In this document: piece after piece, positions 22,969-33,084 of the stretch | How the letters are laid out: every line of letters begins with the position of its first letter | Position numbering within the stretch: the stretch's first letter is position 1 | DNA from: Rebecca billardiae RCC1528 | Lineage: Eukaryota > Protista > Haptophyta | Reading direction: 5' to 3' | NCBI GenBank assembly: GCA_965240325.2 | Contig: OZ251245.1 | Location: 1,339,883-1,403,882, forward strand | Length of the DNA: 64,000 nt | Position numbers and translations under genes: made by a program | The notes under the pieces: generated by a model | What the model saw: the letters and a program-made list of their open reading frames with translations, nothing else | The model's database searches: none | Told to the model about the DNA's origin: nothing

Positions 22969-23967
22969 ATGGCGGAGGAGGCACCAGCGGACAGGAGCTA
23001 CGTGGGCCTGCGCCACGGCGGCCCGGGCAGGACGCTGTGGTACGCGCAAGTCCAGCGCCTCGGCGCGTCGTACAAGTCGCGGCTGTGCAGCAGCCGCGTG
23101 GAGGCCGCGCGGCTGTACGACGACCTCGTGCGCGAGCACGGCCTCGTGGGCGTGAAGGCACTCAACTTCCCGTGCGAAGGCGAGCCCCAGCCGGCACCGA
23201 GGACTGCGAAGCGAACCGTCGAGTACGACGACGAAACTACGGACGACGACTATCCTGAGATGACCCTGGTGACGCCCGGCAAGCGAGCGCGTGCGCGGCG
23301 GGGAGAGGACGACCCGAGCTACGCGCCGGGCGATGAGCAGAGCTCCGCGCGGCTGGTGACGCTGCCCAAGAAACGCAGCCGCGCGCGCAAAGCGAGCAAG
23401 TACGCGGGCGTGTGCTTCAACGCCGTGAACCGCGAGGAGGTGGCGTGGAAGGCGACGGTGACCGACAAGAGGCGCAAGCAGCACTGGACGCAGAGCTACC
23501 CGACCGAGGAGGAGGCCGCGCGCGGCCATGATGAGCTCGTGCGCGCGCTGCAGCTGGTGGGCAGCCGGCCGCTCAACTTCCCGCGCCCGGGTGAGTGCGT
23601 GCCCAAGCCGGTCGCCAAGCGTAGCCCGTACATCGGCGTGTACTGCGCCGTACCAGAGTGTGCGCGCATCAGGGGGTCGGGGCGCATGTGGTACGCGCTG
23701 CTGACACAGGGCGGCGTCGTCAAGAGGTCCGCCTCCTGCTTCGCCACACCGCACGAGGCGGCGAAGGCGTACGACGCGCTCGTGCGCAGGCACGGGCTCG
23801 AGGCGACGAGGCCGCTCAACTTCCCGGACGAGGGCCATCCTGCCAATCCTGCGCAGCACTTGAACCAGCAGGCGGCGTCGGCAGGCCCGGGGCCGGAGGC
23901 GCAGGTGGAGCAGCGCCGCCAGCGGAGTGATGACGATGAGACGACCGACAATGACGACTACACATGA
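22969..23967 (+). CDS. Protein with three AP2/ERF-like DNA-binding domains
   Basis: Three repeats of the pattern S.Y.GV...W.A....EEAAR.YD.LVR...L...PLNFP: SYVGL..EAARLYDDLVREHGL..LNFP; SKYAGV..EEAARGHDELVR..PLNFP; SPYIGV..EAAKAYDALVRRHGL..PLNFP. Confidence 0.88.
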   Translation: MAEEAPADRSYVGLRHGGPGRTLWYAQVQRLGASYKSRLCSSRVEAARLYDDLVREHGLVGVKALNFPCEGEPQPAPRTAKRTVEYDDETTDDDYPEMTLVTPGKRARARRGEDDPSYAPGDEQSSARLVTLPKKRSRARKASKYAGVCFNAVNREEVAWKATVTDKRRKQHWTQSYPTEEEAARGHDELVRALQLVGSRPLNFPRPGECVPKPVAKRSPYIGVYCAVPECARIRGSGRMWYALLTQGGVVKRSASCFATPHEAAKAYDALVRRHGLEATRPLNFPDEGHPANPAQHLNQQAASAGPGPEAQVEQRRQRSDDDETTDNDDYT

Positions 23968-24212
23968 GACGTCGTGTCTCAGACTCTCATCACGACTTAT
24001 TGCTCCGGCCCGCAGACGCAGTGAGCGCGCATCACCCGGTGAGAGCAGTAGCCTTGGCTGCGCTTATACCATTCAGGCGGGCATTGCCGGGTTGCACCCG
24101 GCAATGCTGCATTCACCCCGGTCCTACCGGAATGCAGGGCTCGCCCCGCTGGCCTACAGCTCTGTGACCGTCAGCGCCGCGCGCCACATACCAGGCCACC
24201 ACGACTTCATCA

Positions 24213-24570
24213 ATACTGCTGCACGCATGATGGTACCAGTAGTGACAGAGTACTGGCGGTACCGTGCTGCTCGCATGGTATGGTACTGCTGCGCGCATGG
24301 TATGGTACTGCTGCGTGCATGATGGTATGGTACTGCTGCGCGCATGGTATGGTACTGCTGTGCGCATGGTAGTATGGTACTCTGCTGCACGCATCGGATC
24401 AGGAGTATGTACTGCTGCTGCGCGCATGGTATGGTACTGCCGCGTGCATGGTATGGTACTGCTGCACGCATGATGGTATGGTACTGGCGGTACTGCTGCG
24501 CGCATGGTATGGCACTGCTGTGCGCATGGTATGGTACTGCTGCGTGCATGGTATGCCGTACTGCTGCACG
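24213..24570. repeat. Minisatellite of ~22-25 bp units (consensus TGCGCGCATGGTATGGTACTGC)
   Basis: More than 10 slightly variant copies of GCATGGTATGGTACTGCTG are visible. Confidence 0.92.
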
Positions 24571-25150
24571 CAAGACTACAAGCGCGCAGGTGGTGGGAGC
24601 CGCAAGCAGAAGCAAGCGCGCAGGTGGTGGGAGTGCTCGCAGGTGGTGGGAGAAGCAAGAAGCAGCAGCTCGAAGCAGCAGGCACTCCGATGCGGCACCT
24701 CCCGAAGCTGCTGCATCCTTCTGACCGCCCGTGGTTTGCGGACCGGAAGCGTCCGCGACTGCGAGCCGCACGCGCACGCGGTGCGCGCAGCGGTCATGGC
24801 GCTGGGTCCGGCGAGCAGCCGGGGTGAGGTTCAGGTACGAGGGGCACACACTATTCCGCATGCGCCTTGGCACCGACCACGCGCCGCATCCACTGGGAGA
24901 TCTGCGGCCGCAAGAAGCGCGCGCCTTGGCGAGGGCGAAGCATCGTAGACCCGCCTGCGCGCAGTGCTTCCGCACCGCCGGCCGGGGCGGTCCGGCACTG
25001 CTTGCTTGGTGTTTGTCCGGCTTCCTCAGCATCATGACATCATCACAGTCCTCACTCCTTCACCGATCACTGTGCACCGATCTCTTGAAGGGAGCGAGCA
25101 ACGGCGGAGGACGAAGCTGAAGCAGTGTGCTCTTGCCGAACCGCGTGGTC

Positions 25151-25758
25151 GGCACACACTGGCACACACTGGCACACACTGGCACACACTGGCACACACT
25201 GGCACACACTGGCACACACTGGCACACACTGGCACACACTGGCACACACTGGCACACACTGGCACACACTGGCACACACTGGCACACACTGGCACACACT
25301 GGCACACACTGGCACACACTGGCACACACTGGCACACACTGGCACACACTGGCACACACTGGCACACACTGGCACACACTGGCACACACTGGCACACACT
25401 GGCACACACTGGCACACACTGGCACACACTGGCACACACTGGCACACACTGGCACACACTGGCACACACTGGCACACACTGGCACACACTGGCACACACT
25501 GGCACACACTGGCACACACTGGCACACACTGGCACACACTGGCACACACTGGCACACACTGGCACACACTGGCACACACTGGCACACACTGGCACACACT
25601 GGCACACACTGGCACACACTGGCACACACTGGCACACACTGGCACACACTGGCACACACTGGCACACACTGGCACACACTGGCACACACTGGCACACACT
25701 GGCACACACTGGCACACACTGGCACACACTGGCACACACTGGCACACACTGGCACACT
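25151..25758 (+). repeat. Decamer satellite (GGCACACACT)n, ~60 perfect copies
   Basis: Read directly from the sequence. Confidence 0.99.
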
Positions 25759-26886
25759 GGCGAAAGCGAGCCTCCCCAAGGGTGGTTGCTCAGGGTCGCC
25801 GACTCCAGCGGAGTCCGGCGCCGGAACTTCACCTCCGATTTTTTGCGGCGGCGCGGCGTGCGGGGCCGCCGCCGCTGTGGCGGGCCGCTCGGGGCGTGCA
25901 CGGCGTGGGCTCGTGCGGCCGCTGCCGCGCACGCCGAGCGATCCGGCGCGGGCTCGCGGCTTGTCGATGGCCTCGCGCGCCGCAGCGCGGCGCGCGCCTT
26001 GCCTAGCTTCGCCTGTCTCGCGCCTTGGCCGCCGTGCACGCGTGCGCCGCCAAACCGCAAGCTCGGCATAGCTCTCAGCCGAGCGTGCACGTGCCTTGCG
26101 CGACGCGACGCGGGCATTGCCGGCGGGTGATGTAGCCGTAGTGCGAGCGCGCGTCGTGAAGCCTCGACGCGGATCGTGAGTGTCTTCAACGTCTCGGTCA
26201 GCTGTCGACAACAGCTGACGGCACCAACCACCAATGGACACCACGGTCCGCTCCGTTGAACGACTCTCAGGGCTATCGCGACGCTGCAACTCGTGAAGAC
26301 TAGTCGAGCGTTGTTGTCAAGAAACACACGCCACTATGTCATGCGTGCGGGCCTTGCGTGACGATGCGACATGACGATCGCCCCGGCAAGAGAGTCAGTC
26401 GTCAAGCTTTGAGCACTGCTCAACGCACAGATGGTCCACGCGCGTACGCGGCATCGTCTCATTGCTCTCGATCCGCGCCGAGGCTTCACGACGCGCGCTC
26501 GCACTACGGCTACATCGCCCGCTGGCAATGCCCGCGTCGCGTCGCGCAAGGCACGTGCACGCTCGGCTGAGAGCTATGCCGAGCTTGCGGTTTGGCGGCG
26601 CACGCGTGCACGGCGGCCAAGGCGCGAGACAGGCGAAGCTAGGCAAGGCGCGCGCCGCGCTGCGGCGCGCGAGGCCATCGACAAGCCGCGAGCCCGCGCC
26701 GGATCGCTCGGCGTGCGCGGCAGCGGCCGCACGAGCCCACGCCGTGCACGCCCCGAGCGGCCCGCCACAGCGGCGGCGGCCCCGCACGCCGCGCCGCCGC
26801 AAAAAATCGGAGGTGAAGTTCCGGCGCCGGACTCCGCTGGAGTCGGCGACCCTGAGCAACCACCCTTGGGGAGGCTCGCTTTCGCC

Positions 26887-27406
26887 AGTGTGCCAGTGTG
26901 TGCCAGTGTGTGCCAGTGTGTGCCAGTGTGTGCCAGTGTGTGCCAGTGTGTGCCAGTGTGTGCCAGTGTCGTGTGCCAGTGTGTGCCAGTGTGTGCCAGT
27001 GTGTGCCAGTGTGTGCCAGTGTGTGCCAGTGTGTGCCAGTGTGTGCCAGTGTGTGCCAGTGTGTGCCAGTGTGTGCCAGTGTGTGCCAGTGTGTGCCAGT
27101 GTGTGCCAGTGTGTGCCAGTGTGTGCCAGTGTGTGCCAGTGTGTGCCAGTGTGTGCCAGTGTGTGCCAGTGTGTGCCAGTGTGTGCCAGTGTGTGCCAGT
27201 GTGTGCCAGTGTGTGCCAGTGTGTGCCAGTGTGTGCCAGTGTGTGCCAGTGTGTGCCAGTGTGTGCCAGTGTGTGCCAGTGTGTGCCAGTGTGTGCCAGT
27301 GTGTGCCAGTGTGTGCCAGTGTGTGCCAGTGTGTGCCAGTGTGTGCCAGTGTGTGCCAGTGTGTGCCAGTGTGTGCCAGTGTGTGCCAGTGTGTGCCAGT
27401 GTGTGC

Positions 27407-27410
<4 letters not shown>
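26887..27410 (-). repeat. Decamer satellite in the opposite orientation, (AGTGTGTGCC)n, ~50 copies
   Basis: Read directly; one irregular unit at ~26970. Confidence 0.99.
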
Positions 27411-27452
<42 letters not shown>

Positions 27453-27460
27453 GTGTGTGT

Positions 27461-27504
<44 letters not shown>
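27409..27504. repeat. (GT)n microsatellite continuous with the decamer array
   Basis: Read directly. Confidence 0.98.
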
Positions 27505-27508
<4 letters not shown>

Positions 27509-27900
27509 GGGGAGTCGACTGCTGACAGATTGCACGAAAAACCGTTGGCCCCAATTGGGATCTGACTAAACTGTATTCCTCGGGATACCTATTGGAAGGC
27601 CATCAACTTTGTAAGAATCACCGGACGGACTTCGCGTGTCCTACCGGAAAACTCGCTCCGCTCGCATGCTTGTTCTGACAGAACAACCAATGCGAGCGGG
27701 GCTCGCGATTATTAGTCGCGCGGCATCGCAGGCCGCGAGCAGCAGTCATCCGGCCATCGGCCGCATCGCCGGCATCGCGGGCCACTCGGCCGGGAACGGA
27801 GCACTCAGTGATGCTATATACTACACGCGAAGCTATATATACTAATAATACTTGAGGCACGCCCGGTCCCACGAGTCCGGGGCACCTCGGGCCGCGCCGC

Positions 27901-28036
27901 CTACACCCGCCGCCGTGCGGCAGCGGGCTGCGGCTGCTGCGATGGGGCGCCGCGCCGGCGCTTGCGCTTGCGCCGGGGCTGCCGCGGCTGCGCCAGGCCG
28001 TGCTGGCTCCGCTCGGCCGGCTCGTCCTCCCCGCGC

Positions 28037-28071
<35 letters not shown>

Positions 28072-29649
28072 CGCCGCCGCGTTTGCATCGGGCGTCGGGC
28101 GCGGCTCGCGGTGGCCCGAGCCGCGGCCTCGGCCGCGCTGGCTCGGAGCGCCGCCGGGCGGGCGCGGCCGCTCGGTCGGCGGCGCGGCGCGCCCCCGGCC
28201 GCGCCCGGCGCCGCCACGGCCGGTGCCGCGCGAGGGGGGGGGGGCGCCCGCCGTGCCGCGCGCCGCGCGCGGCGTGGCCTGGGCGGGCGCGGCGGGCGCG
28301 GGCGCGTCGTCGTCGGGCGCGTCCGCGGCGCACGCGCGCACGACCGCGTCGAGCTCCGCGTCGCCGATGGGCCAGGCGGCCGCGGCGCGCGCGCTCTGCA
28401 GCACACACAGCGTGCTGTCTGCGGCCGAGCGCTGCAGCCGCGCGCCCCCGCCGCCTTGGCCGTGCAGCGCGCGCGCGTGCGCGTTGCCAGGCACAAAGGC
28501 GTGCTCGGCGGCGCGCAGCCGGCGCACGCCCACGGCGCACGGCGCGCGGACGAGCGCGCGCCACGCGGGCTGCGCGGGCGCGTACGGCAGCAGTACGCAC
28601 GCGCCGAGCGCCCTCCCCTCCTTCTGCGCCTCCTGCACGCACGTGAGCAGGGTCAGTACCGCGCCGTGCAGCAGCGCCCACTCGTACGGCGGGTTGGCCT
28701 GCACCATGCCAAAGCGGGGCGCCCAGTGGCCGGGGGGCGGCGGCGCGGGGGGCGGCGTGCACGCGAAGGGCGCCGCCCCGCCGAACGGCCCGTCCACGTC
28801 CGGGTGCGCCGTGCCGAAGCGCGGCCAGTGCGCGTTGAGCGCGGAGGCGAAGCACTCGTGCCGCGCGCCCGCGAGCGCGCGCAGCGCGCGCAGCGCGGCC
28901 GGCGGCAGCGCGGCCTGCATGCCGCCGGCGCGGGGCTGGCCGCCGGCGGCGAGCGCGGCGTAGCGCGCGAGCACGCAGAAGCCCGCCTCCTCGAACGAGG
29001 CCGGCGGCGCCGCCGCCGCGCACGCCGCCGCGGGCCGCGCGCGCCGCCGCGCCGCCTCGGCCTCGTGCCGCGCGCGCAGCCGCGCCCACGCGGCGCGCGT
29101 GCACGCGCACTGCTCGCCCGCGCACGCGACGAGCAGCTCGGCGTCGGGCTCGGCGGCGCGCGGGCGAACGGTCACGTCCGCGCGGCGCGCCTCGGGCGGC
29201 CCGCGCTCGAGCCGCGCCGCGTGCGCGCGCACCTGCGCGGCGAGCGCGGCCGAGCGCTCGCCGAGCGCCGCGCACAGCGCGCGCGCGTCCGCGCGCCCGG
29301 CGGCGCGCAGCGCGCGCTCGAGCTCGCCGCCCTCGCGCGCCTCGGGGCCGGAGGGCAGGACGGGGTCGAGCTCCGCCACGCCGCGCGCGCCGGCGCCCCG
29401 CGCGCGCGCCCCCTCGCGCTCGGCGTGCAGCCGCGCGTGCGTCCAGTCCTCGAGCGCCGTCGCCCAGCGCGCCGCGCGCCCGAGCGCGGGCGCGATCGCC
29501 GCGGCGAAGTGCTCGGCGAGCGCGCGCGCGGCGCGCAGGCGGGCCGCTTCGACCGGCGCGCAGGCCGCCGGGCGGTGCGCCATCGCCGCCGCGTGCGCCG
29601 CGTCCAGCTCGCGATCGAACGCGTCCTCATCGTCGTCGGCGGCCGCCAT
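27901..29649 (-). CDS. PCIF1: PCIF1/CAPAM-like adenosine N6-methyltransferase (no WW domain seen)
   Basis: FCVLARYAAL...GGMQAALP...HECFASALN...FGTAHPDVDGPFG...VQANPPY parallels the PCIF1 MTase motifs ECFASPLN, SAFPDTD.YFGS and EANPPF; helical-domain DPVLP. Confidence 0.85.
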
Positions 29650-29756
29650 GAGCACGCGGCCGGACTGGCGAGCATCGAGCCGGACGTGGTGGCTCGGGGC
29701 TTATGACTAAATACGGCTCGAGCCCCCTTCCTCTGCCCCCCCTCCGCCTCTCCGCC
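29650..29756. promoter_or_regulatory. Very short putative bidirectional promoter (PCIF1-like / SDE2)
   Basis: Divergent ATGs 107 bp apart. Confidence 0.5.
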
Positions 29757-30611
29757 ATGAGCCTGCTCGTAACGCGGCTCGACGGCTCGACGCTGTGCGT
29801 CCGCACGGGCGGCAAGCCCATGGGCGTGTCGGCGCTGATGGAGGCCATCGCCGACGCCGAGGGCGTGCCGCCGTCCGAGCAGCGCCTCGTGCGCGGCGGC
29901 AAGGAGCTGCGCGCGGGGCCGGGCGAGCCGCTGCTGAGCGGGCCGCTGCCGCCCGTCACGCTGTGCCTGCGCATCTGCGGTGGGAAGGGCGGGTTCGGCG
30001 CGATGCTGCGGGGCAAGGCGCTCGCCGCCGGCCAGAGGAAGACCACCAACTTCGACGCGTGCCGCGACCTGAACGGCGTGCGGCTGCGCGCGGTGCAGAC
30101 GGAGAAGCGCATCGCCGAGTGGAAAGCGCAGCAGGAGAAGAAGGCGCGCGCGCGCGGCGCGGCGGGCGGCGTGGCGGCGGGCACGCAGCCGGCCGCGGCT
30201 GGCCTCGCCGACGCCGCCGGCTCGGCCTCCGCCGACGCGTCCGCCGCCTTCGACCTCGACGGCTACTACGAGGCGAACGAGGCGAAGCGCGAGGGCACCG
30301 CGTCCGCGGTCGCGGCCGGGCTCAGGGCGAAGCGGCAGCGCGACGAGCTGGAGGAGACGGTGCGCGAGGCGGCGGCGCTCGAGGGCGCCCCGGTGGGGCT
30401 CGCCGCGGGCGCGCCCGCGGGCGCGCCCGCGCAGGCACTCGCCGGCGGGGCCGCCAAGGCGGCGCGGGTCGGGCCCGCCGCCGCGGCCGCCCCCGGCTCG
30501 ACCGCCGCGCGCAAGGCGCCGGCCGCGCCGCCCGCGACGGCGTGCGCGAGCAAGTGGACGGTGCTCGACGAGCCGTCGTCCGGCGACGATGACGACTCGG
30601 ATGAGGAGTAG
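29757..30611 (+). CDS. SDE2: SDE2 (ubiquitin-fold-activated splicing / replication-stress factor)
   Basis: N-terminal ubiquitin-like domain ([10 protein letters not shown]) followed by the LRICGG|KGGFGAMLR cleavage motif and [16 protein letters not shown]. Confidence 0.92.
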   Translation: MSLLVTRLDGSTLCVRTGGKPMGVSALMEAIADAEGVPPSEQRLVRGGKELRAGPGEPLLSGPLPPVTLCLRICGGKGGFGAMLRGKALAAGQRKTTNFDACRDLNGVRLRAVQTEKRIAEWKAQQEKKARARGAAGGVAAGTQPAAAGLADAAGSASADASAAFDLDGYYEANEAKREGTASAVAAGLRAKRQRDELEETVREAAALEGAPVGLAAGAPAGAPAQALAGGAAKAARVGPAAAAAPGSTAARKAPAAPPATACASKWTVLDEPSSGDDDDSDEE

Positions 30612-30730
30612 CGCCGCCCGCGGCGAGGGCCGTCGGCGGGCCGTTGACCACCACTGAGACTGTCGGCGCCGGCGCCTGAAGCCGACTGTGCCACAAGCGC
30701 CCCGCGGGCGCGGTACGGCGGAGTATCGGC

Positions 30731-32501
30731 ATGATGCAAGCTCAGGGTGGCTTTGACGAACTCGACTATGATGAATCACGAAAGGCCACGCCCCCCGGCC
30801 CCCGTAACGACGACGCTTCTTGCGCCCGTCCCTTGTGGCGGCGCTCTCCCTCGCCGGGTGGCGCGGGGCGACAACCGATCGCCATGCGCTCGGCGCCGGC
30901 GAGCGCGGGCGGCGGGCGGCGCACGCCGCCGCCGCCGCCCCTCTCCCCGGCGCGGCACGCCATGTCCGCGAGCGGGCGGCGCTCGCTCGGCAGCACGCAC
31001 CAGTCGCCCTCCTCGCGGCTCGCCTCGCGCCCCGACCTCGACGAGTGGGCGGCCGGCGTGGCGCACGCGCGCTACGTCTCGAGGCTCGCGGACGAGTACA
31101 CGGGGACGCAGCTGCTCATGGCGAGCCGCCAGCGCCAGCGCCACCTCGCCGCGTCGCAGCGTGGCGAGGTGCGCGCGCTCGAGCGCATCGTGCGCACGCC
31201 GTACGCGCAGGCGCTCGAGCAGCGCGCGCACGCGGCCGCGCTCGACGCGGCGGCGGCCAAGGAGGCCACGCCCGAGTTCGCGGACGTGGCTGCAATCCAC
31301 CAGGTGCTTGCCACGTCGATGGCGCGCGCGCGCGGCATCCAGCCCAGCCGCAGCGCCTCGGGCATCCCGTCGACGTTTGTGCACGACGCGCAGAGGCGCG
31401 AGCTCAAGGGCGCGGCCGCGGCCCAGCTGTTCGCGACGGCGGTGCCGCTGTGGCTGCAGCCGCTGCCCAACGCGCTGCACGGCGCGCGCGCGGCGGCGGC
31501 GGCAGCGACCTCGCCCTCGGGCCGCGCGCCGCGCGCCGTCTCCCTGGGCGCGCTGCACGGCTTCATCTCGCACATGCTCGAGGAGAAGATCCAGGTGAGT
31601 GCGGCAGCGGCCACGCGCACGCAGCGCGCCCACGCAGCGCACGGCGTGGGCGCAGGGGAGCACGCGCACGCAGCACGCGCGGCGGGGTCGCGACGCGCGG
31701 GCACGCGCGCGCCCTGAGCGGCGGCTCCGCGCGCCCCGCCCCCCTCGGCCGTTCCATGCGCCGTGCGCTGTGCGCTGTGCAGGCGGACGAGGTGGACGAC
31801 CGGCTGCGGCACGAGCGGCAGACGCTGTCCGCGTTTGTGGAGGACGAGCTGTGGCGGCGGTACGGGCTGCGCGAGCTCGCGCAGCGGCAGCGGGCTCACT
31901 ACGCGAGCGCGGCGAGGAGCCTGGCACAGCGCAGCCTGCGCGTGCGCGCGTTCGCGTGCGCGCTGGGCTGGGCTGCCGAGGGGTGCTGGTCGGAGCCCAA
32001 GGGCGCCTTCTACCTCGCGCTGCTCGGGCTGCTCTGCCCGGTCGAGCAGATCCGGGAGCGGCTGGGCGTGCCCAACAAGGTGTTCGTGTCCGCGGACCGC
32101 GTGCGCGAGGCGGTGCGCACCGCGCTCTACTCCAAGCAGCTCGAGGTGCGCGCGCACTCGCCGCGCGGGGCACGCGCGCGCCGCGCGCGCCAACCGGCCC
32201 GTCGCGCGTGCCCGGCCGCGTGCAGGCGCGTGTGCTCGAGGAGTGCGTGGACGCGCAGCTCGAGCCCGACGGCGGCGCCGAGTGGCTCGGCGGCAAGATC
32301 GACCTCGACCTCGCGGTGTGGGCCGTGCTCGAGCGCTGGAGCCCGCAGTGGGACACGATCGTCTCGCACATGCACCGCCCCACGTACGACTACGACGCGG
32401 CGCTCATCTACACGTCCAAGGACGCGGGCCACTACACCGAGCAGGCCGCCGCCGCGCGGCGCGAGGAGCAGACGCGCGCGGACCGGCTCGCCACCGCGTG
32501 A
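30731..32501 (+). CDS. Uncharacterised helical protein (possible ciliary TSNAXIP1-like region); introns 31595-31782 and 32146-32225
   Basis: Spliced reading ...MLEEKIQ|ADEVDDRLRHERQTLSAFVEDELWRRYGLRELA...RVRAFACALG...KQLE|ARVLEECVD...IDLDLAVWAVLERW, with GTGAGT...GCAG and GTGCG...GCAG introns. The start codon is uncertain. Confidence 0.7.
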
Positions 32502-33084
32502 CGTCGGCGGCGGCCTGCTGCTGGGCCTGCTCGGCTCGGTCCGGACTACCGGAGCATAGTGCTCCCGGCGGTCGTCCGGTCCAACTTTTATAGGTCATCC
32601 GCGCGTGATCGAACCGCACGTCCGCATACTCAGGCGGCCACGACGGGCTCCGCCGCGTGAACAGTACGTGCGCTGGCGCTTTCACGGAGCGCCGCGTCGC
32701 GCGGGCCGCCGCCGTCTGGACGGCATCGATGATGAGCGGTGGCGATGTCGTCCGGGATGTCGCAAGCCACCGCGTGGCGTCTGTCCGCGCACCGGCTACT
32801 GGATCACGGGTTGCTGCGTGACAGCGTGAGCCCCGGTGATCAGCTCCCTTGCCACTCATATTGTCGGTCGATCATTGCGTGCCTGACGCCGTGCCCGTTG
32901 ACACGGTCGCGGTCGCGGCACACAGGCCGGCCACACGGGCGTTGGCTTCAGTAGACGTAGGGCGCAGCCCTCGTAGCCACGGGTCAGCGACAGCGGGACG
33001 TATAGACTATACTCTATAGTACTTTGCCTAGTCACTCTAGCCTAGTGCTGCCCTAGTCAGTTCATGATACTCTATATATAGTGC

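Larger units (their letters stand above)
25151..27410. mobile_element. Foldback-like structure: ~1 kb inverted arms (outer decamer satellite + ~420 bp near-identical unique arm) around a ~290 bp core; no transposase
   Basis: 25757-26176 is the reverse complement of 26469-26888, with only ~3 mismatches seen, near the inner end. The satellites are in opposite orientation. No target-site duplication was found, so mobility is not established. Confidence 0.55.

Noticed and set aside
24213-24570. CRISPR-like or coding repeat
   Set aside because: Head-to-tail minisatellite with no spacers; the ORFs over it are repeat translations.
25151-25758. True chromosomal telomere
   Set aside because: Internal position with genes on both sides, and the unit is not a TTAGGG-type repeat. 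Kept only as a telomere-like polarity hypothesis.
24964-27569. ORFs encoding (HTGTHWHTLA)n or (CQCVPVCASV)n His/Cys-rich proteins
   Set aside because: Translations of a stop-free perfect 10-bp satellite; no synonymous variation, open in all frames.
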